NCBI GenBank assembly: GCA_030430495.1
Contig: JAUIKM010000017.1
Location: 8,121-72,120 of the forward strand
Reading direction: 5' to 3'
DNA length: 64,000 nt
DNA from: a bacterium
GTDB taxonomy: Bacteria; Bacteroidota; Ignavibacteria; Kapaibacteriales; UBA7675
Shown: one piece after another, positions 38,982 through 48,960 of the stretch
Layout of the letters: every line of letters starts with the position of its first letter
Position numbering within the stretch: position 1 is the first letter of the stretch
Notes under the pieces: generated by a model
Told to the model about the DNA's origin: nothing
Database searches by the model: none
The model's input: only the letters and a program-made list of their open reading frames with translations
Translations under genes and position numbers: made by a program

Positions 38982-39920
38982 ATGGCGCAGGCGCGCAATG
39001 ATTCATCACGGCCCCTGCCGCCCGTGATGCAGCGCAGCGTCAAACGCTACCTGCAGCACATCGCCGTGGAAAAGGGACTGGCGGGAAAAACCGCCGAATC
39101 CTATGCCGTCGACCTGCGCAACTTCGCCGAATACCTGGTTTCGATCGGTCTGGACGATTTCACGGCGGCCAATGAAAACATCGTCGTGGACTTTTTGCGC
39201 AAGCTGGAGGAAATGGGGCTGGCCGTCAGTTCGCGTGCGCGCAAACTCTACGCTCTGCGCGGTTTCTACCAGTTTCTGGCAGGCAGCGGCGCCGTAAAGG
39301 CCGACTGCACCGAACACGTCGACCTGCCGAAGGTGCGGCGCGTCCTGCCGCCAACGCTGACAATTGAACAGATGCTGCGCATCATCGAATCGCCCGACGT
39401 GTCGAAACCGGCGGGCGTCCGCAATCGCGCCATGTTGGAGACGCTCTACGCCTGCGGACTGCGCGCCTCGGAATTGCTGGGACTGCGCCGCAGAGACGTT
39501 TTGTCCGACCTGGAAATCATCCGCGTGACGGGCAAAGGTTCCAAAGAGCGCGTGGTTCCTATAGGCAGCGGCGCGCTGGGTTGGATAGAACGCTACCAGA
39601 ACGAGGTGCGGCCGACCTTCCTGCGCACGGGCACAACCACGGACGACATCCTCTTCCTGAATCAGCGCGGCGGCGGCCTTTCGCGCATGGCCCTGTGGAA
39701 ATTTGTCAAACAGGCAGCGACGGAGGCGGGCATTGCGGTGCACGTACATCCGCACATGTTTCGTCATTCGTTTGCAACGCACCTGCTGGAGGGCGGCGCG
39801 GACCTGCGCGCGGTTCAGGAAATGCTCGGCCATTCGGACATCGCGACGACGCAGATCTACACGCACATCGACCGCGAATACATTCGCGAGGTGCACAGAA
39901 GTTTTCATCCGCGCGCCTGA
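38982..39920 (+). CDS. Tyrosine recombinase XerC/XerD family (chromosome dimer resolution)
   Basis: N-terminal SAM-like core-binding domain (…YLQHIAVEKGLAGKTAESYAVDLRNFAEYL…). Catalytic R…HxxR…Y: …LRASELLGLRR…HMFRHSFATHLLEGGADLRAVQEMLGHSDIATTQIYTH. Confidence 0.88.
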   Translation: MAQARNDSSRPLPPVMQRSVKRYLQHIAVEKGLAGKTAESYAVDLRNFAEYLVSIGLDDFTAANENIVVDFLRKLEEMGLAVSSRARKLYALRGFYQFLAGSGAVKADCTEHVDLPKVRRVLPPTLTIEQMLRIIESPDVSKPAGVRNRAMLETLYACGLRASELLGLRRRDVLSDLEIIRVTGKGSKERVVPIGSGALGWIERYQNEVRPTFLRTGTTTDDILFLNQRGGGLSRMALWKFVKQAATEAGIAVHVHPHMFRHSFATHLLEGGADLRAVQEMLGHSDIATTQIYTHIDREYIREVHRSFHPRA

Positions 39921-40029
39921 GAGCCGAAAGCCGACATTGCCGGCGCGGCGGGCGCAATGCAACTGCTACAGGCCCGTCGGCTATGCGTTTGACGACCTCA
40001 ATCTATTTTCCGGAACTTGCTCACTCCCG

Positions 40030-41340
40030 ATGATGAATTCCACGATGCACGTACGTTTTGCTTCTCTTGCAGGTTTTTCCGTTGTTTTTCTGCTTGTCGG
40101 ACTGTGCGCAGGCACTGATCTGCAGGCGCAGTGGCGCTACACCTACGACGTCAAAAACGGCATCGACGTCCTGCTGGATCAGGACCTTGCGCCGATGCAC
40201 GGCAAACGCGTCGCTCTGGTCAGCAACCAGACGGGACGCACGCGCACGCTACAGTCGACGCTGGACATAATCGCCGACCACAAACAGGTGACGCTCACCG
40301 CGGTCATGACGCCGGAACACGGCTACTACGGCGTGGCGCGCGCAGGCGAAGAAGTCCAGGACTCGGTCATGCCGACGATCCGCGACGTACCGGCCTACTC
40401 GCTCTACGCGGGGTCGCGCCGACCGGCGGAATACATGCTCGACAGCTGTGACATGGTAGTGTTCGACATTCAGGATGTCGGCGTGCGTTCCTACACCTAT
40501 CTCGGCACGCTGTACCACGTGATGGACGCCTGCGCGGAATACGGCGTACCGCTCATGGTGCTGGACCGCCCCAACCCGCTCGGCGGCGAAACTATCGACG
40601 GCAATGTGCTGGATTCAACGATCCGCTCCTTTGTGGGCATCGTGCCGGTGCCCTATATCCACGGCATGACTTTTGGCGAGCTGGCGCAAATGATCAACGG
40701 CGAGGGTTGGCTGCCGACGCCCGAAGGCGACTCGACCGCGCGCCGCTGTGAACTGCAAGTCGTCGGCATGGCCAACTGGGAACGCTGGATGCTGTGGGAA
40801 GACACGGACTTCCGCTGGATTCCGACCTCGCCGCACGTGCCGAGCGTCGACGCCATCCGCGGCATGGCCATGCTCGGAATTTTCGGCGAACTCAGCCTGC
40901 TGAACATCGGCGTGGGTTATACCTTGCCGTTCCAGATGTTCGGCATGCCGAACTTCAACCACGATTTTTACAACGAGCTGATCCGCACAAAGAAGTTTCC
41001 GGGCATTGAACTGGTGCCGACTGAGTTCCGGCCGTTCTACGGCAAGTACGCACGCGAGGACTGCCGCGGTTACCTGCTGCGGTTTTACAACGACATCAAC
41101 TTCAAGCCCTATACCAGCGGCGTGGAACTGGTGCTGGCGCTGCGCAAGACTCACCCGGAACTGTTTGATGCAGAAGCGATTGCGGAGGACAGACAGGCGA
41201 TGTTCGCCAAGGTGACCGGCAGCGAAGTCCTGTTTGAAAAACTCTACAACCGCGCGACCGACCTGGAGATTCGGCAGTTGACGCGCAAAGGCGCGGACGA
41301 ATTCGCTCTGATGCGCGAGCCCTACCTGCTGTATCAATAA
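40030..41340 (+). CDS. DUF1343-family protein (exo-beta-N-acetylmuramidase NamZ-like)
   Basis: Signal peptide, then …GIDVLLDQDLAPMHGKRVALVSNQTG…TPEHGYYG…VVFDIQDVGVRSYTY…LDRPNPLGG…. Confidence 0.78.
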   Translation: MMNSTMHVRFASLAGFSVVFLLVGLCAGTDLQAQWRYTYDVKNGIDVLLDQDLAPMHGKRVALVSNQTGRTRTLQSTLDIIADHKQVTLTAVMTPEHGYYGVARAGEEVQDSVMPTIRDVPAYSLYAGSRRPAEYMLDSCDMVVFDIQDVGVRSYTYLGTLYHVMDACAEYGVPLMVLDRPNPLGGETIDGNVLDSTIRSFVGIVPVPYIHGMTFGELAQMINGEGWLPTPEGDSTARRCELQVVGMANWERWMLWEDTDFRWIPTSPHVPSVDAIRGMAMLGIFGELSLLNIGVGYTLPFQMFGMPNFNHDFYNELIRTKKFPGIELVPTEFRPFYGKYAREDCRGYLLRFYNDINFKPYTSGVELVLALRKTHPELFDAEAIAEDRQAMFAKVTGSEVLFEKLYNRATDLEIRQLTRKGADEFALMREPYLLYQ

Positions 41341-41452
41341 CGCGCCGGGCAAAACAAAAGCGGCTTGGTAAATCAGGGGGCAGGATGTAATTTCCTCGTC
41401 GCGCCACGGCTAAGACAGCGCGACCCCACTGGATTTGTGCGATTGGAGAACA

Positions 41453-42022
41453 ATGGAAGCAGACCTGCAGCAACGGCGTGAAGATTTTGAGCGCGAGGCG
41501 ATTCCGCATATGGACGCCCTGTACAACTTTGCGATGCACCTGACGCAAAAAAGCGAAGACGCCCAGGATTTGCTGCAGGAAACCTATTTAAAAGCCTTCC
41601 GCTTTTTTGATTCCTTCAAGCGAGGAACCAATTGCAAAGCATGGCTGTTCCAGATCCTGAAAAATTCGTTTATCAACCGCTATCGCAAACTCACGCGGGA
41701 ACCGACGAAGGTCAGTTATAACGACGTCGAAGATTTTTACGAGACCATTCGGTCCGATGACGTCAGCCTCAACGACCTGGAGCGGGAACTGTTTGACAAC
41801 GTGCTCGACGACGAGATGAGTGCAGCCATGGCGGCGCTTCCGCCCAACTTCCGGGCGGTTTTGATTTTGAACGATCTGGAGAATTTTACTTACGAGGAGA
41901 TAGCCAGCATCCTCGACATTCCCATCGGTACGGTTCGGTCGCGACTGCACAGGGCGCGACGGGCCATGCGCGATCAACTGATGGAATACGCCCGCAAACG
42001 CGGCATTGTGCCCGGTAAATGA
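41453..42022 (+). CDS. ECF-subfamily RNA polymerase sigma-70 factor
   Basis: Region 2 …DAQDLLQETYLKAFRFF…WLFQILKNSFINRYRK… and region 4 …LPPNFRAVLILNDLENFTYEEIASILDIPIGTVRSRLHRAR…. Confidence 0.9.
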   Translation: MEADLQQRREDFEREAIPHMDALYNFAMHLTQKSEDAQDLLQETYLKAFRFFDSFKRGTNCKAWLFQILKNSFINRYRKLTREPTKVSYNDVEDFYETIRSDDVSLNDLERELFDNVLDDEMSAAMAALPPNFRAVLILNDLENFTYEEIASILDIPIGTVRSRLHRARRAMRDQLMEYARKRGIVPGK

Positions 42023-42129
42023 CAGGATGAATCGCAGATTCAGCGGCAGGCGCGCAGGACTCCATATACACACGCTTTGAGCGTGCGCCGACGCTGGATG
42101 TTGTCGAATTTCGATATACAGGTAACATC

Positions 42130-42990
42130 GTGGATTACAACAAATTGTTGGAGCTTGCCCAGTCGTATCTCGACGGCGAGGCTCTGTCCCCCGACGACGA
42201 ACGGGCGGTCAGGGAAGCGCTGGATACAAACGACAGGCTCCGCCTCGAAATGGCTGCCATGCGCTCGACCAAACAGGCGATTCAGGAGCGCGCCGGCAGT
42301 CTGCGCGTACAAGCTCCGCGCGAGACGCGCATCGCCATTCTCGAATCCATTCGCAACGAAGCGCGCGCGGCTGCGGTCAATTCAAGCCCGCAGACCAGTG
42401 TTTTCTCGTCCTTTATTGAATTGCTTTTCGGCCGGCATCGCCTGGCAACGGCCGGAGCGCTGGTGCTGGCGGTTGCCGTGGTCTACTTTTTCATGCCCGG
42501 TCCCGACGGCTCACTGCAGGATGCGCCGGTTGCCGAGGCAATGGCCGAGCCCGTCGACTTCATGGCCGACGTGATCAGAAACTTCCACAAAACGTCCAAC
42601 GGCGACGTTGAAACGAAACACGCCGCGTTTTCGCCGAAGTCCGATGAAGAATTGCGCGATTTTTTCCACAGCAATGGCGTAGATTTCTCCTCGTGGCAGA
42701 CGCGGCCGCAGGTGCGCGTCGTCGGCGCATACGTCACGACCATGGAAGGCGAATCCATCGGTCACGTCGTTTACCGCGACGAAAACAACGAACTTCTATG
42801 TCTGTGCCAGGTGCCGGTGACGCTGTTTGAGCGCAAATGCCTCAAGCTGGACGAGAAGGTGCGGCGCGATCTGGACGCGCGCGGCCATTTTGAATCCGAG
42901 GTCGACAATTCGCTGCGCGTCGCAATGCGCGACAACGGAAAAACTATCTCGGCCGTCGTTGCGTCGCTGTCCACACCGATATTTGAATAA
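42130..42990 (+). CDS. Putative anti-sigma factor (single-pass membrane protein encoded directly after the ECF sigma)
   Basis: Position directly after the ECF sigma. N-terminal cytoplasmic helical region, one TM (GALVLAVAVVYFFMP), and a periplasmic C-domain. No zinc-finger motif. Confidence 0.55.
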   Translation: MDYNKLLELAQSYLDGEALSPDDERAVREALDTNDRLRLEMAAMRSTKQAIQERAGSLRVQAPRETRIAILESIRNEARAAAVNSSPQTSVFSSFIELLFGRHRLATAGALVLAVAVVYFFMPGPDGSLQDAPVAEAMAEPVDFMADVIRNFHKTSNGDVETKHAAFSPKSDEELRDFFHSNGVDFSSWQTRPQVRVVGAYVTTMEGESIGHVVYRDENNELLCLCQVPVTLFERKCLKLDEKVRRDLDARGHFESEVDNSLRVAMRDNGKTISAVVASLSTPIFE

Positions 42991-43041
42991 GCGGACCCAC
43001 GGCCCGGAGCGATCTCATCCGGCCCACAGCAACAGGAGTAC

Positions 43042-43689
43042 TTGAAAATGACATTTGCACATAAAATCCGCCTTGATCTTGCACACTACGTGTGCGCTTT
43101 TCTTTTTGCTGGTCTTGCAGCGGCAGGCGTGACGTCCTGCAGTACGGACGGAAGTCACGCGGATGCGGACGCTCAGTCCGGCGCGGCGCTGGCAACGGTC
43201 GGAGCGATGTCCGGCCCACAGGTGTATGAGCTTTCGGCGGTAGCGGATTCGCGCGACGGCGCCGGCAGTATTCTGGACTTCGCCTGGTCGCAGGACGGCC
43301 GCGAAACCTGGCTCACGCAGGAAGCGGAAGGCAAGATTGTCTTCATCAATTTCTGGGGCACGTGGTGTCCGCCCTGCCGCCGGGAAATCCCGGACATCGT
43401 GGAAATTGCCAACGAAAATCCCGACGTCTACGTCGTGGGCGTCGCTTTTGAAAAAGTCCCCGACCCGCTGGCGACAGTCGCCAAGTTCACGACCAAGTCC
43501 AACGTCCCCTATGTTAACGTCACGGGTAGCCGCGGTTTGTTGATGCAACTGGCGGGCGCGTACGGCGCGGGCAAGTCCTTCCCGACGACCATCGTGATTA
43601 ACAAAGACGGCAAAATTGTCGACCAGATCATCGGCATGCGCAGCAAGCCGGAATTCATGCAGTCGATCAACATGGCGCGCGGCAGCTAA
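43042..43689 (+). CDS. TlpA/ResA-like thiol:disulfide oxidoreductase lipoprotein (thioredoxin fold)
   Basis: Lipobox …AGVTSC. Active site FINFWGTWCPPCRREIP. Confidence 0.88.
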   Translation: MKMTFAHKIRLDLAHYVCAFLFAGLAAAGVTSCSTDGSHADADAQSGAALATVGAMSGPQVYELSAVADSRDGAGSILDFAWSQDGRETWLTQEAEGKIVFINFWGTWCPPCRREIPDIVEIANENPDVYVVGVAFEKVPDPLATVAKFTTKSNVPYVNVTGSRGLLMQLAGAYGAGKSFPTTIVINKDGKIVDQIIGMRSKPEFMQSINMARGS

Positions 43690-43730
43690 ACACATCAGTC
43701 AGACGCGCAGCGCAAATACAGTGAGAAATG

Positions 43731-43768
43731 CAAACGCCGCCCGGAAACGGGCGGCGTTTGTTTATTGG
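43731..43768 (+). terminator. Strong Rho-independent terminator after the tlpA-like gene
   Basis: Perfect 13-bp GC-rich stem CAAACGCCGCCCG-GAAA-CGGGCGGCGTTTG followed by TTTATTGG. Confidence 0.8.
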
Positions 43769-43791
43769 AGCATTTTTGGCAGTCAGAAAGA

Positions 43792-44196
43792 TCAATCCGC
43801 GCCGGTCAGGAAGAGAATCCGGTCGTGTTTAATGTCCAGCACTTCAAACCCCGCAACCGGAAGTCTGCGCACGTCGTCCAGCCGCCAGCTGCGCGTGCTG
43901 TCGCACAGTTGTACCTCGCCGGCGGAGGGGTTAAACAGCACTTTGACTGCGACTTCGCGTTCACCGAATTCCAGCTTCCAGCCTTTGAGGCAGGATGAGT
44001 CGTCAAGCAGCGACGTATGCGACTGCAACACGTCGCGGTAATCGCCCAGGAAAACCTGTAGCGGCATGGTTTCGTATGAAGCAAAATGGAACTGCATCGC
44101 CGTGCGCTCGGAATACGAGCGATTGTCGCAGGCGAACAGAAGCAGAGGCGTGGCCAGAGTCAGGGCGTACAGTCTTAAACGCATGATTCCAATCAA
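43792..44196 (-). CDS. Hypothetical lipoprotein
   Basis: Lipobox LLLFAC|D. 134 aa, with no recognisable domain. Confidence 0.5.
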   Translation of the reverse strand: MIGIMRLRLYALTLATPLLLFACDNRSYSERTAMQFHFASYETMPLQVFLGDYRDVLQSHTSLLDDSSCLKGWKLEFGEREVAVKVLFNPSAGEVQLCDSTRSWRLDDVRRLPVAGFEVLDIKHDRILFLTGAD

Positions 44197-44246
44197 TTAA
44201 ACAGAAAAATCAGCGCTGAAAGCGGCAACTACAATCCGACCGACCA

Positions 44247-45119
44247 TCACTGCTGCAAGGTCAGCGTTTTAACAAAGTCCTGCGTACAGACAATGCGGTT
44301 GTTCGAGTCGAGCATTGCGACGTACAGATCGAGCGAATTTTCATTGCGTTTAAAGCCGTAGAATTCGTGCGGCGCGGCACCGGAGGGGTCGTCGGAGAGA
44401 ATCAAGACATCGCAGTCTGTCATCATATCCCCCAGCAGCATGGCGTAATAACGCCCCTGACCGTCCCAGGCGACGTCGCCCTCGGCGGTGAAGATCGTCT
44501 GGCTGCCGCTTTCGTCGGCAAAAGTTCCTTCCAGAATCAAGCCGCTGACAAAATTGTCGATTGTGTAGTCGTTCTCGTTGGTGCCGCCCTGAATTTGACT
44601 GTAGGCGGCTGCTTCGACCACGCTGGTATCGCCAACCTGACGCCAGATTAGTTTGCGCTCGCCTTCTTCATTACTTAACAGCAGAAACTGGCCGTTGTTA
44701 ACATCCAGCAAATCGAGCTGTACTTCATCGCCCTTCACTTGAGGTTCGGCCTCGCCCATAAGCTGCATGGCTGCCTGATCCAGCGTGCCGTCACCGTATA
44801 CCGGACCGCGCATGACACTCAGGTCGGCGATGTTAAAAGTGTCGACGCGGCGGTCGTTGAAGCGATAGAGAATTGAGCGGATAAAGACGTCGCCGTCACG
44901 ACGCAGAGTGATGGCGACTTTGTCATTGTCGGCGGCATTCAGCGCGGCCATCGGCGAGCGTGTTGCGCGGAGTTCCGCCAGGTAAGCGTCGTTCAGCCAC
45001 ACAGCGCTGAATTCATCCGGAACACCCTGAATTATTTCTGCGACCGGCTCACGCTCGATGTCGCATGACAGCAACATCAAAGACAATACAAAAGAGAAAA
45101 ACACAGGGGTAGCTCGCAT
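44247..45119 (-). CDS. Hypothetical lipoprotein
   Basis: Lipobox SLMLLSC|D. 290 aa, beta-rich, with no recognisable domain. Confidence 0.55.
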   Translation of the reverse strand: MRATPVFFSFVLSLMLLSCDIEREPVAEIIQGVPDEFSAVWLNDAYLAELRATRSPMAALNAADNDKVAITLRRDGDVFIRSILYRFNDRRVDTFNIADLSVMRGPVYGDGTLDQAAMQLMGEAEPQVKGDEVQLDLLDVNNGQFLLLSNEEGERKLIWRQVGDTSVVEAAAYSQIQGGTNENDYTIDNFVSGLILEGTFADESGSQTIFTAEGDVAWDGQGRYYAMLLGDMMTDCDVLILSDDPSGAAPHEFYGFKRNENSLDLYVAMLDSNNRIVCTQDFVKTLTLQQ

Positions 45120-45475
45120 AACCTGAATCTCGCATTGTGTTCTGTATGGGAATTACTGCGCACAGTCGGGGTAGTGCATCGGGCTTCAATATCAAAGCCC
45201 TGCGCCGGCGAATTTCCGGGATTCTGTGTCGGCGCGCTTCCGTCGACAGTTTCGATCCCGATTGATACGTGTGCGGGTTCTGGCATGAAACGGCAAAATA
45301 CAGATTCTTTCGGGGCGGTCAAATGACCGGGGGCAAGAGCGGGATAATTGTGAACGGTGAGCGGCAGGACAATTGCCGGAAAGTCGCCTGCGTCGTAAGT
45401 TCGATGCCCGGAAAGCTCTGGCGGCCCCGGCGATGTCGGAATCAGAGACATACTGTCAACAATAGAACGCGGCAC

Positions 45476-46243
45476 ATGCGCGAACTTTCGGCCTCTCAAC
45501 AAAAACTTGTACGCAGCCTGCATCGCAAACGGCGGCGCGACGAACACAATCTCTGTTTTATCGAAGGGCCGACGCTCTGCGAGGAAGCGCTGCGCCGGTC
45601 GATGCCGCTCGAATTCGCCGTCGTTGATCAGTCAGGCCCGGCGGCCCGCGAAGACGCCGACATCCGACGAGCGCTGTCGGCTGCATCGGTCGACGTGTTT
45701 ACAGCCGCGCCCAATGTCTTTGCGCGAATAAGCGACACCAGCACGCCACAGGGAATACTGGCGGTGATGCCGCGACCGCGAATGCAGGCCGACGCCGCCG
45801 CGTCGGTGATTGTTCTGGACGGCGTCGCCGATCCCGGCAATGTCGGCACAATTATCCGCACGGCGCTGTGGTTTGGTTTCAGGCAGATCCTGCTGGGGCC
45901 GGGCAGCGCCGACCCCTGGGGGCCGAAGGCGCTGCGGGCCGGCATGGGCGCCACTTTTCAGACGGCGACGATCGGCACTGACGATATTCCGAGCGCATTT
46001 GCGGCGCACTTTGGCGGTCAGCGGCGCTGCGGCGCGGTGCTGGGGGCGAAGCGACGCCTGGCGGACATTGAAGCCACGCCGCCGATGTCGATCGTCATGG
46101 GGAACGAAGCGCAGGGAATTTCCGCGGCTGTGCGCGCGCTGCTGGACGAGAGTTACGAGATTCCGGGCGCGGGAATGCTCGAATCGCTTAACGTTGCGGC
46201 GGCTTCGGCCGTCAGCCTGTACCACTTTTCGCAGTACACATGA
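45476..46243 (+). CDS. TrmH/SpoU-family RNA 2'-O-methyltransferase (RlmB-like)
   Basis: SPOUT motifs …VIVLDGVADPGNVGTIIRTA…, …GNEAQGIS…, …LNVAAASAVSLY…. Start at ATG 45476 gives a ~255 aa protein. Confidence 0.82.
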   Translation: MRELSASQQKLVRSLHRKRRRDEHNLCFIEGPTLCEEALRRSMPLEFAVVDQSGPAAREDADIRRALSAASVDVFTAAPNVFARISDTSTPQGILAVMPRPRMQADAAASVIVLDGVADPGNVGTIIRTALWFGFRQILLGPGSADPWGPKALRAGMGATFQTATIGTDDIPSAFAAHFGGQRRCGAVLGAKRRLADIEATPPMSIVMGNEAQGISAAVRALLDESYEIPGAGMLESLNVAAASAVSLYHFSQYT

Positions 46244-46286
46244 GGCAGGGCATGTTCACACGAAACAACGCAGCCGGAGACAGCCG

Positions 46287-47423
46287 ATGTTTCTGACACC
46301 GCGCCTGGCGACGCCGGGCACAACGCCGCTGCCGCCGGCGGTTCTTGCGGCGGTAGCGCGCCCGATGATCCATCATCGCTCGCCGGAATTCGGCGCGATC
46401 CTGGCGCGCGTGCATGCGGGTTTGCAGACAGTTTTCAATACGCGGCAGCCCGTCCTGCTGCTGACCTCTTCCGGCAGCGGCGCGGGTGAAGCGGTCGCCG
46501 CCAATCTGTTCAAAGTCGGCGAGACGGTCATCTACGCCGCGCACGGCAAGTTTTCGCGCCGCTGGGGCGAGATGCTGCGGCGCCAGGGCGTCAACGCCGT
46601 GGCTTTGACGGTAGAGGAAGGACGTGCGCCGCAGACCGCCGAAGTCATCGAAATGCTGGAGCGTCACCCCGATGCGAGCGCGGTCTGGCTCACCCAGAGC
46701 GAGACTTCAACGAGCGTCTGGACCGACGTCCGCGAAATTGCGGCGGCCGTGCGGGCGTACAGAGCCGATACTCTCGTTCTCGTCGACGCGGTCAGCGGCC
46801 TGCTGGCGCACGAGCTCGACATGGACGGCTGGGATCTGGACCTCGTCTTCGGCGCTTCACAAAAGGGATTGATGTCGCCGCCGGGACTGGCGCCGATAGC
46901 GCTCAGCGAGCGCGCCTGGCGCAAGGCCGAGCGCGTGGATTCCCGATCGGTCTACTTTGACCTGCACAAAGCGCGGCAATCCTGGCTCAACAGCAAAACG
47001 GTGTTCACGCCCGCCGTCAGCGCCGTGGTCGGTCTGGATGCCGCGCTGAACCTGATTCTGCGGGACGGCATCGAACATTCGATTGCGCGCCACGCCGCAC
47101 ATTCTCGCGCGGTACGCGGCGCGGCCGCGGCTCTCGGACTCACAACATTCGGCGCGCCGCCTTCGCACGCCGTGACGGCGGTTGAGTTTCCGGCGCATGC
47201 GGCGCGATTCAAACAAGTGCTCAGGGACGAGGCGCGCGTAACGACGGCCGGCGGGCAGGACGATCTGGCCGACAGAATTTTCCGTGTCGGCCACCTGGGC
47301 TGGCAGGACCAGGGCGATGTGCTGGCGGTTGTCGGCGCAATTGAAGTCGCTCTGCTGCGCAGCGGCCACAGCATTGAACCGGGCGCGGGGCTGAGCGCGG
47401 CGCAGCGCGCCTATTGCACCTGA
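46287..47423 (+). CDS. Class V aminotransferase (alanine--glyoxylate/serine--pyruvate aminotransferase family)
   Basis: …IHHRSPEF… near the N-terminus and the PLP-lysine region …GASQKGLMSPPGLAPIALS…. 378 aa from ATG 46287. Confidence 0.82.
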   Translation: MFLTPRLATPGTTPLPPAVLAAVARPMIHHRSPEFGAILARVHAGLQTVFNTRQPVLLLTSSGSGAGEAVAANLFKVGETVIYAAHGKFSRRWGEMLRRQGVNAVALTVEEGRAPQTAEVIEMLERHPDASAVWLTQSETSTSVWTDVREIAAAVRAYRADTLVLVDAVSGLLAHELDMDGWDLDLVFGASQKGLMSPPGLAPIALSERAWRKAERVDSRSVYFDLHKARQSWLNSKTVFTPAVSAVVGLDAALNLILRDGIEHSIARHAAHSRAVRGAAAALGLTTFGAPPSHAVTAVEFPAHAARFKQVLRDEARVTTAGGQDDLADRIFRVGHLGWQDQGDVLAVVGAIEVALLRSGHSIEPGAGLSAAQRAYCT

Positions 47424-47490
47424 CACGGGTGGACTCCCGACCCTGTCGGAGTCAAGCCGCGTTTCTCCATCGACAGCTCGCGGTTCCGCT

Positions 47491-47518
47491 CCCGCTGACA
47501 AACAAAAAAATCAAGCAG
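47491..47518 (-). repeat. Partial copy of the dispersed repeat core
   Basis: Reverse complement CTGCTTGATTTTTTTGTTTGTCAGCGGG, adjacent to a plus-oriented fragment GGTTTTGTCGGGCG. Confidence 0.4.
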
Positions 47519-47608
47519 GGTTTTGTCGGGCGCCAGGAACGTCCATGCGCGGCATCCAACATCCGCTCGCAAGACAGTGCGACAGGACAAGGACAAACGG
47601 GGAAATTC

Positions 47609-48265
47609 ATGCGGATACTGATCGGCAGCAACAACCAGCACAAAGTGGGCGAAATCAGCGCAATCCTGCGGACGATTTTCAGCGAGGAGCTGGAAGTTCT
47701 GCTTCCGCGCGACCTGCCTTCGTTTCCGACGGATATTGACGAGTGCGGCGATACGCTGGAGGCCAATGCGATGATCAAGGCGCTGGAGATGTACGAAGCC
47801 ACGGCCCGGCCATGTATCGCCGACGACACCGGTCTGGAGGTTGCCGCGCTGAACGGTCGTCCCGGCGTGTTTTCCGCGCGTTTTGCCGGGGAGAACGCCA
47901 CCGATGCGGATAATCGCAGGCTGCTGCTGCGGGAGCTGCGGGGAGCCGAACAACGCGAAGCGCAGTTCCGGACGGTGATCTGTTTTTACGACGGTTTTCG
48001 GCCGATTTTTGCCGAGGGAGTCTGCCCCGGACGGATCCTGAACGAGGAACGCGGCGACGGCGGATTCGGCTACGATCCCGTGTTTATGCCCGAAGGTGAA
48101 ACGCGCAGTTTTGCGGAAATGCCCGCGGCGGAAAAAAATGCGATCAGTCATCGCGGAAGGGCCCTGCGGCAAATGGCGCACAAACTGGAAACGCTGCGGG
48201 CCGAGCGCATGCCGACGAACGATCTGGTACGGGCGATGGAAGAAATCAGCCGGCCGCAACGCTGA
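47609..48265 (+). CDS. rdgB: Non-canonical purine NTP pyrophosphatase (RdgB/HAM1 family)
   Basis: MRILIGSNNQHKVGE… and …GFGYDPVFMPEG…; typical ~200-aa length. Confidence 0.88.
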   Translation: MRILIGSNNQHKVGEISAILRTIFSEELEVLLPRDLPSFPTDIDECGDTLEANAMIKALEMYEATARPCIADDTGLEVAALNGRPGVFSARFAGENATDADNRRLLLRELRGAEQREAQFRTVICFYDGFRPIFAEGVCPGRILNEERGDGGFGYDPVFMPEGETRSFAEMPAAEKNAISHRGRALRQMAHKLETLRAERMPTNDLVRAMEEISRPQR

Positions 48266-48282
48266 GCGATGGCAGGCGGAAT

Positions 48283-48960
48283 TTGTATATTTGCGGCGTG
48301 AATCCCGATTCGTCCGATACTCTCTCCGCACATGGCGCTTTCCCCGCTGGGGGCGAACGCATCGAACATTTGTGCCGCATTGTCATTCTGGCGGCCAGGC
48401 AGCGGCACGAGGCGCTGGAGCAGCGGATACGAGCCGCACTGAACACATCCTGTTCGCACGGCGAGGTCTACGAAGCGCTGACGCAACTTTATCTTTTTTG
48501 TGGTTTCCCCGCAGCCCTGGAAGGGCTGCTGTGTCTGCATAACGTCGCGCAAACGATGCCGGCCGACGCGCCCTTGCGTCCCGAGGCCTACGACCCGGTC
48601 GCATTTGCAGCACGAGGCGAAGAGTTGTGCCGCCGCATATATACAAGCGCCTACGACAAAATGCGCGAGCGGCTGGCCGCGGCGGCGCCGGACCTCGATC
48701 AGTGGATGATCGTCGAAGGTTACGGCAAGACGCTGGCGCGCCCGCAACTGGACATCGGGATTCGCGAATTGCTCATTGTGGCCGTACTGTGCGTCGGCAA
48801 CTGGGAACGACAGTTGTTTTCCCATCTGCGTGGAGCGCTCAACGTCGGCGTCGACGCCGCAAGCTGCCGAGCGGTCATAGACCTGGCCGACGCGGAGGAC
48901 GCCGAAGCGCGCCGCCGACATCACGAAATATTGGATCGGATTCTACGCCGCAGCACATGA
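48283..48960 (+). CDS. Carboxymuconolactone decarboxylase (CMD/AhpD-like) family protein
   Basis: CMD-like segment …GEVYEALTQLYLFCGFPAALEGL…. Confidence 0.5.
   Translation: MYICGVNPDSSDTLSAHGAFPAGGERIEHLCRIVILAARQRHEALEQRIRAALNTSCSHGEVYEALTQLYLFCGFPAALEGLLCLHNVAQTMPADAPLRPEAYDPVAFAARGEELCRRIYTSAYDKMRERLAAAAPDLDQWMIVEGYGKTLARPQLDIGIRELLIVAVLCVGNWERQLFSHLRGALNVGVDAASCRAVIDLADAEDAEARRRHHEILDRILRRST

Noticed and set aside
39703-40029. Upstream extension of the DUF1343 ORF overlapping xerD (MSNRQRRRR…)
   Set aside because: Arg-rich frame overlapping the XerC/D catalytic domain on the same strand. The real start is ATG 40030, immediately before the signal peptide MMNSTMHVRFASLAGF…
45269-45475. 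5' extension of the TrmH-family ORF
   Set aside because: No conservation expected. ATG 45476 yields the canonical ~255-aa SpoU-type length.
48627-48956. 5' extension of the dacB ORF (MPPHIYKRLRQNARAAGRGG…)
   Set aside because: Arg/Gly-rich and overlapping the CMD-family gene in another frame. The true start is ATG 48957, directly preceding the signal peptide.
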